A DNA stretch of 64,000 bases from Lobosporangium transversale (taxonomy: Eukaryota), in assembly GCF_002105155.1 (NCBI RefSeq), contig NW_019028993.1, positions 124,001 to 188,000 on the forward strand. The letters run 5' to 3'. A program made the translations under genes and the position numbers. Of this stretch, positions 60,706-64,000 are shown one piece after another. Every line of letters begins with the position of its first letter. The first letter of the stretch is position 1. The notes under the pieces are model-generated. The model had not been told where the DNA came from, searched no databases, and saw only the letters and a list, made by a program, of their open reading frames with translations.

Positions 60706-63700
60706 CTGGGTATGGTTGAAATGTAGGGAGAATGATGGCTAAATAGGCAAGGGTATATTCTATACTCTTTCACCTGTGGGCACAGTATGAAAACAAAAAT
60801 GGAAAATGTGTAAGAGAGAGAACTGATTGGATTTCAAAAGTGCGATGTACTAAGTACCTTGCTTGCTGTACGCTCAAGAGCGACCAATAAAATATCAACA
60901 ACAATACGTGCCTTTGATGTCATCTGTCACATTTCAAATGAAAATGAGGAAACAAAGTATCAACGCTTATTTGTAAAAAGTCTGTTCGGACAAAAACTGC
61001 CGCAGTACAAGTTCCCACGAATAGTCTATCCTATTCCTTGTTAGGGATGAAGAGAGGATGGGAGAAGAGAGTCAAATGGCTAACTTGGCTGGTAAGTGCC
61101 CGGTGGGCCCTATTACTAAGAGCCAAAAGGTACTTGAGCTTAATGCTGATGAAAAACGGAGTATGCGAGTTTCTAACAAGCCTGTGCTCCGAACCTCGTC
61201 CTTTTACTCCAGCTGCAGCACATTGCTCACCGTTTTTCCTTCTTTCTTTGTTGTACACTATACAAAGAGAGCAATGTGGCTCGTGCTCTTGTTGTGGAAA
61301 GGGAGGCTGTTGTATGTATGACCCTGCATATCTTTGAGGATAGAATGTTATTAATGCTATTCTCACCTTCACCCGTGGGAGTTTTTTCTTTCTCCACTTT
61401 GCAAGCATATGAAAATTAACGAATGATATCACAGGTGCGCAGTTTATTTAATCTTCTTCTTGAATAAGGCGCAAAATGCCGAATATGTGTTTGTTATTCA
61501 GTCAATTCTTTGAAATCACAAATTGGTTTCAGGGACACGTCCAACAAATAAAAGCAAACCTTATTTGACGAACGACGGTTTGGCGATTTCCTTCTTTAAT
61601 GTTGTTACCGTTCTTTTTCTTTTTTTGCCAAAAGCCTTGCACTGTTGACAACAAGAGTCCCATTGTCAAGTTCCTTAGTTTCGCATGAATAAAAAAGTCA
61701 CCAGATGTATAAATACCTCTCTTTTCCCTCACCAATCTTGCACCTCACTCAGTCGCTTTTTAAGTTCCTGGTGCGTCTGCCCGCGGCGTTGCATCAGCAA
61801 GTAGTTCTGGCCCACCACAGGTGCGAATCAGGCGAAAACGTTGCCCCAGCGCTTCAACAAGGCTCCTCAATGTTTGTACTCGATGACGATTGGTCGTAGG
61901 ACTGTCAGAGAGTTGCGGGACTAGCGGGACGCAATAGTCAGACCACCTCCTCGTGGTGCGTCCTGGGCTGTTTGCTTATCTGCAGACAGGCGAAGAGTCT
62001 GACACTCTTTACAACTTTTGGTAATAATTATTTCTTTATTTTTAAAAAAAATCTCTTTATTCAACAAAGCATTGGCTCGTCTTGTTGATGTACACCTTTC
62101 TTTCATCTCTTAGAACAAAGCTTCCTCACAGTCGTCTTTTTTTTCGAATACAGAAGCGAATGATGAGCTGCTTTGAAGACATAAAGATTTTGGTTGACTA
62201 TTGTTTGTTAAATAGTTCATTTGAGCAGGATTCAATGAGTGGATGAGCGACTCTGCAACAACGGTTGATGCTACGTCGTCTGGCGTACTCTTTTCTGAGC
62301 ATAGTGCACAGGATATAGCTCAAAGGACATTAGGACAAATGACATGGGACATTGGATATAGAGCATAGGAAAGCCTCAAGTCAAAAATAAAATACTCAAG
62401 GTCGCCAACTGCCGTCAGCTTAAATACTAGAGTCTCGAGAAGCTAGAGTACCCAAGCCAATCAAGATGCCCAAGGTACTCAAGATACTCGAGATCCCAAG
62501 GCCACCAAGGTGCTCAAGGTGCTCGTTCTTTACTCGATGCTGTAATTACCAGGTTCTCGAGGTCAGCTGAGACCCTTTTCTGTTCCTTCCTTGCTCATTG
62601 AAGTAGATGCTGCCAAGTTCCAAGTAAGCATCAATGGTAACAGTGAGAGTGCCAAGTGATGTAACGTTTGTATTGAAGCTGAAGACTTGTAATAGTGCTG
62701 ACATTATTTTATTTATCTATTTTTCTTTTTACTCAACTTCTAGTTGCTATGGCCTGCGCTTTACCCTAAAGATCGGTGTACTAGGACTCATTAATTTAGT
62801 GTGTTTGTTTAGCTGTATGCTGAGGCTGTGTGAAAGCGAAGCGGAGGGCTCTTCAGCAGCTCTATCCACAGTCAAGACATGAAAAGCTTTGTTACTAAGC
62901 TTTTATTCTATTCCCTGCAGATGTCTATGTTATTAAGATGCATAAAGGCACCAAGTAAGGGCCTGAAGAGCGAGAGTCTGCAGCTTCTGGAGACTGAGCC
63001 AGTAACTCCAGTAGGCGGTGCTTTGTCAAGGATCTAGGGCGTATAACAACACAGAATGGCATCTTCCGAGCTAGGCAGACGGTTAAATGGTGGTAAGAGT
63101 ACAAGCAGTTGGCAGGGCAAGCTTTGGACATTCGATGAAAACCATCCTGACCCGCCGTCTTTTGCGCTTATAGAGGGTATTTGACAAAGGACTATACTAT
63201 TGAGGACTATGTCTGTACTAGCGCATAGTGATCACCTACGCTGGATGCCGTCAAAAGTCATGCGATCCAGTGCGTGCTCTCTCTGGTGTTATTTGATCAT
63301 TGATCAGACTCACGCATGTCCACTTACTGCACACATATGTGTCCTGGATATGTTACTCTATAGCCAGATACGCAGCTCTACTTTGACCTCGACTGTATAA
63401 ATGTCTCTTGCGTGCGATGTGTAGATCTACATCTTTTTTTCTCTCTTCATTTCTTGTCTGTCATTATGATCAGTTAAACTTTCTTATCCTCAACTGAAGA
63501 TTTATCCAACATTTTGAAATTATGTGGTCACAAACTTTGTTTCTTTTTATTGAATCACAAAGAAAAGTAATATAAAAAAGAATAAAGGAAAAATGCACCT
63601 CCCTGTCAGAATAAAAAATTGACCCCCGGCTGAGAATTCCCAAGACCCCCTCGTCAACTCGGAATTCTTACCCCCGTCCCCCGTCAGAATTCAGAAGCAC

Positions 63701-63924
63701 CCCCCGTAAAGATTCTCGAAAGGTAAATCTTAACCCCCCGTCAACCGTCTTAATTATCGGAATCTTTACCCCACCCGTCAACATTTTGAGGCTGTTTTTT
63801 GGGTCTTATTTTCTACTTTTGGCTACATCTGTCTTTCTATTAAACTCAACGCTATTGAAGCCCTCTTACTTTTTATCTTATCATCAAAAACTTGACAGTA
63901 GAAAAATCAGCTAGACAGACACAT

Positions 63925-64000
63925 TGTTGCGATTAGCAGTCATTTACATGGGTTTTTACTATAGCTAAGATTTTTACCCTTTTTATTTAACGAAGATCCC
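63925..64000 (+). mobile_element. Start of a second copy of the 139-bp LTR-like element (cut by window end)
   Basis: Matches 22561-22636 with one mismatch. Confidence 0.85.

Noticed and set aside
61600..63400. Fragmentary ORFs near the window end
   Set aside because: Possibly a decayed gene or TE, but nothing identifiable enough to call.

Overview
Eukaryotic (fungal) genomic DNA, most consistent with an early-diverging fungus of the Mortierellaceae type (GT-AG introns packed with long A/T homopolymers, CRN-like genes); the taxon is inferred, not proven. Host genes: a partial DUF3292-like membrane-protein gene, UTP4, EIPR1/TSSC1, a Cdc3-type septin, tRNA-Ala(AGC), a single-pass membrane protein, MCM3, a DUF6787-like mitochondrial protein and a TspO/MBR-related membrane protein. 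About 14-44 kb is a dense nest of mobile DNA. Highlights: (1) a near-complete L1/Tx1-like non-LTR retrotransposon bracketed by a duplication of the first 23-25 nt of tRNA-Ala, i.e. apparently targeted to the tRNA 5' end in a way that leaves an intact tRNA; (2) two inverted 325-bp solo LTRs with reciprocally swapped 5-bp TSDs, recording a ~38-kb inversion; (3) a ~16-kb PIF/Harbinger element whose right TIR was split without TSD by a DIRS element, whose interior now holds a divergent pair of Crinkler (CRN) genes, a DUF6589/AcademH-type transposase gene, nested Tc1 elements and a MITE. All family assignments come from motif recognition by eye; no searches were run.
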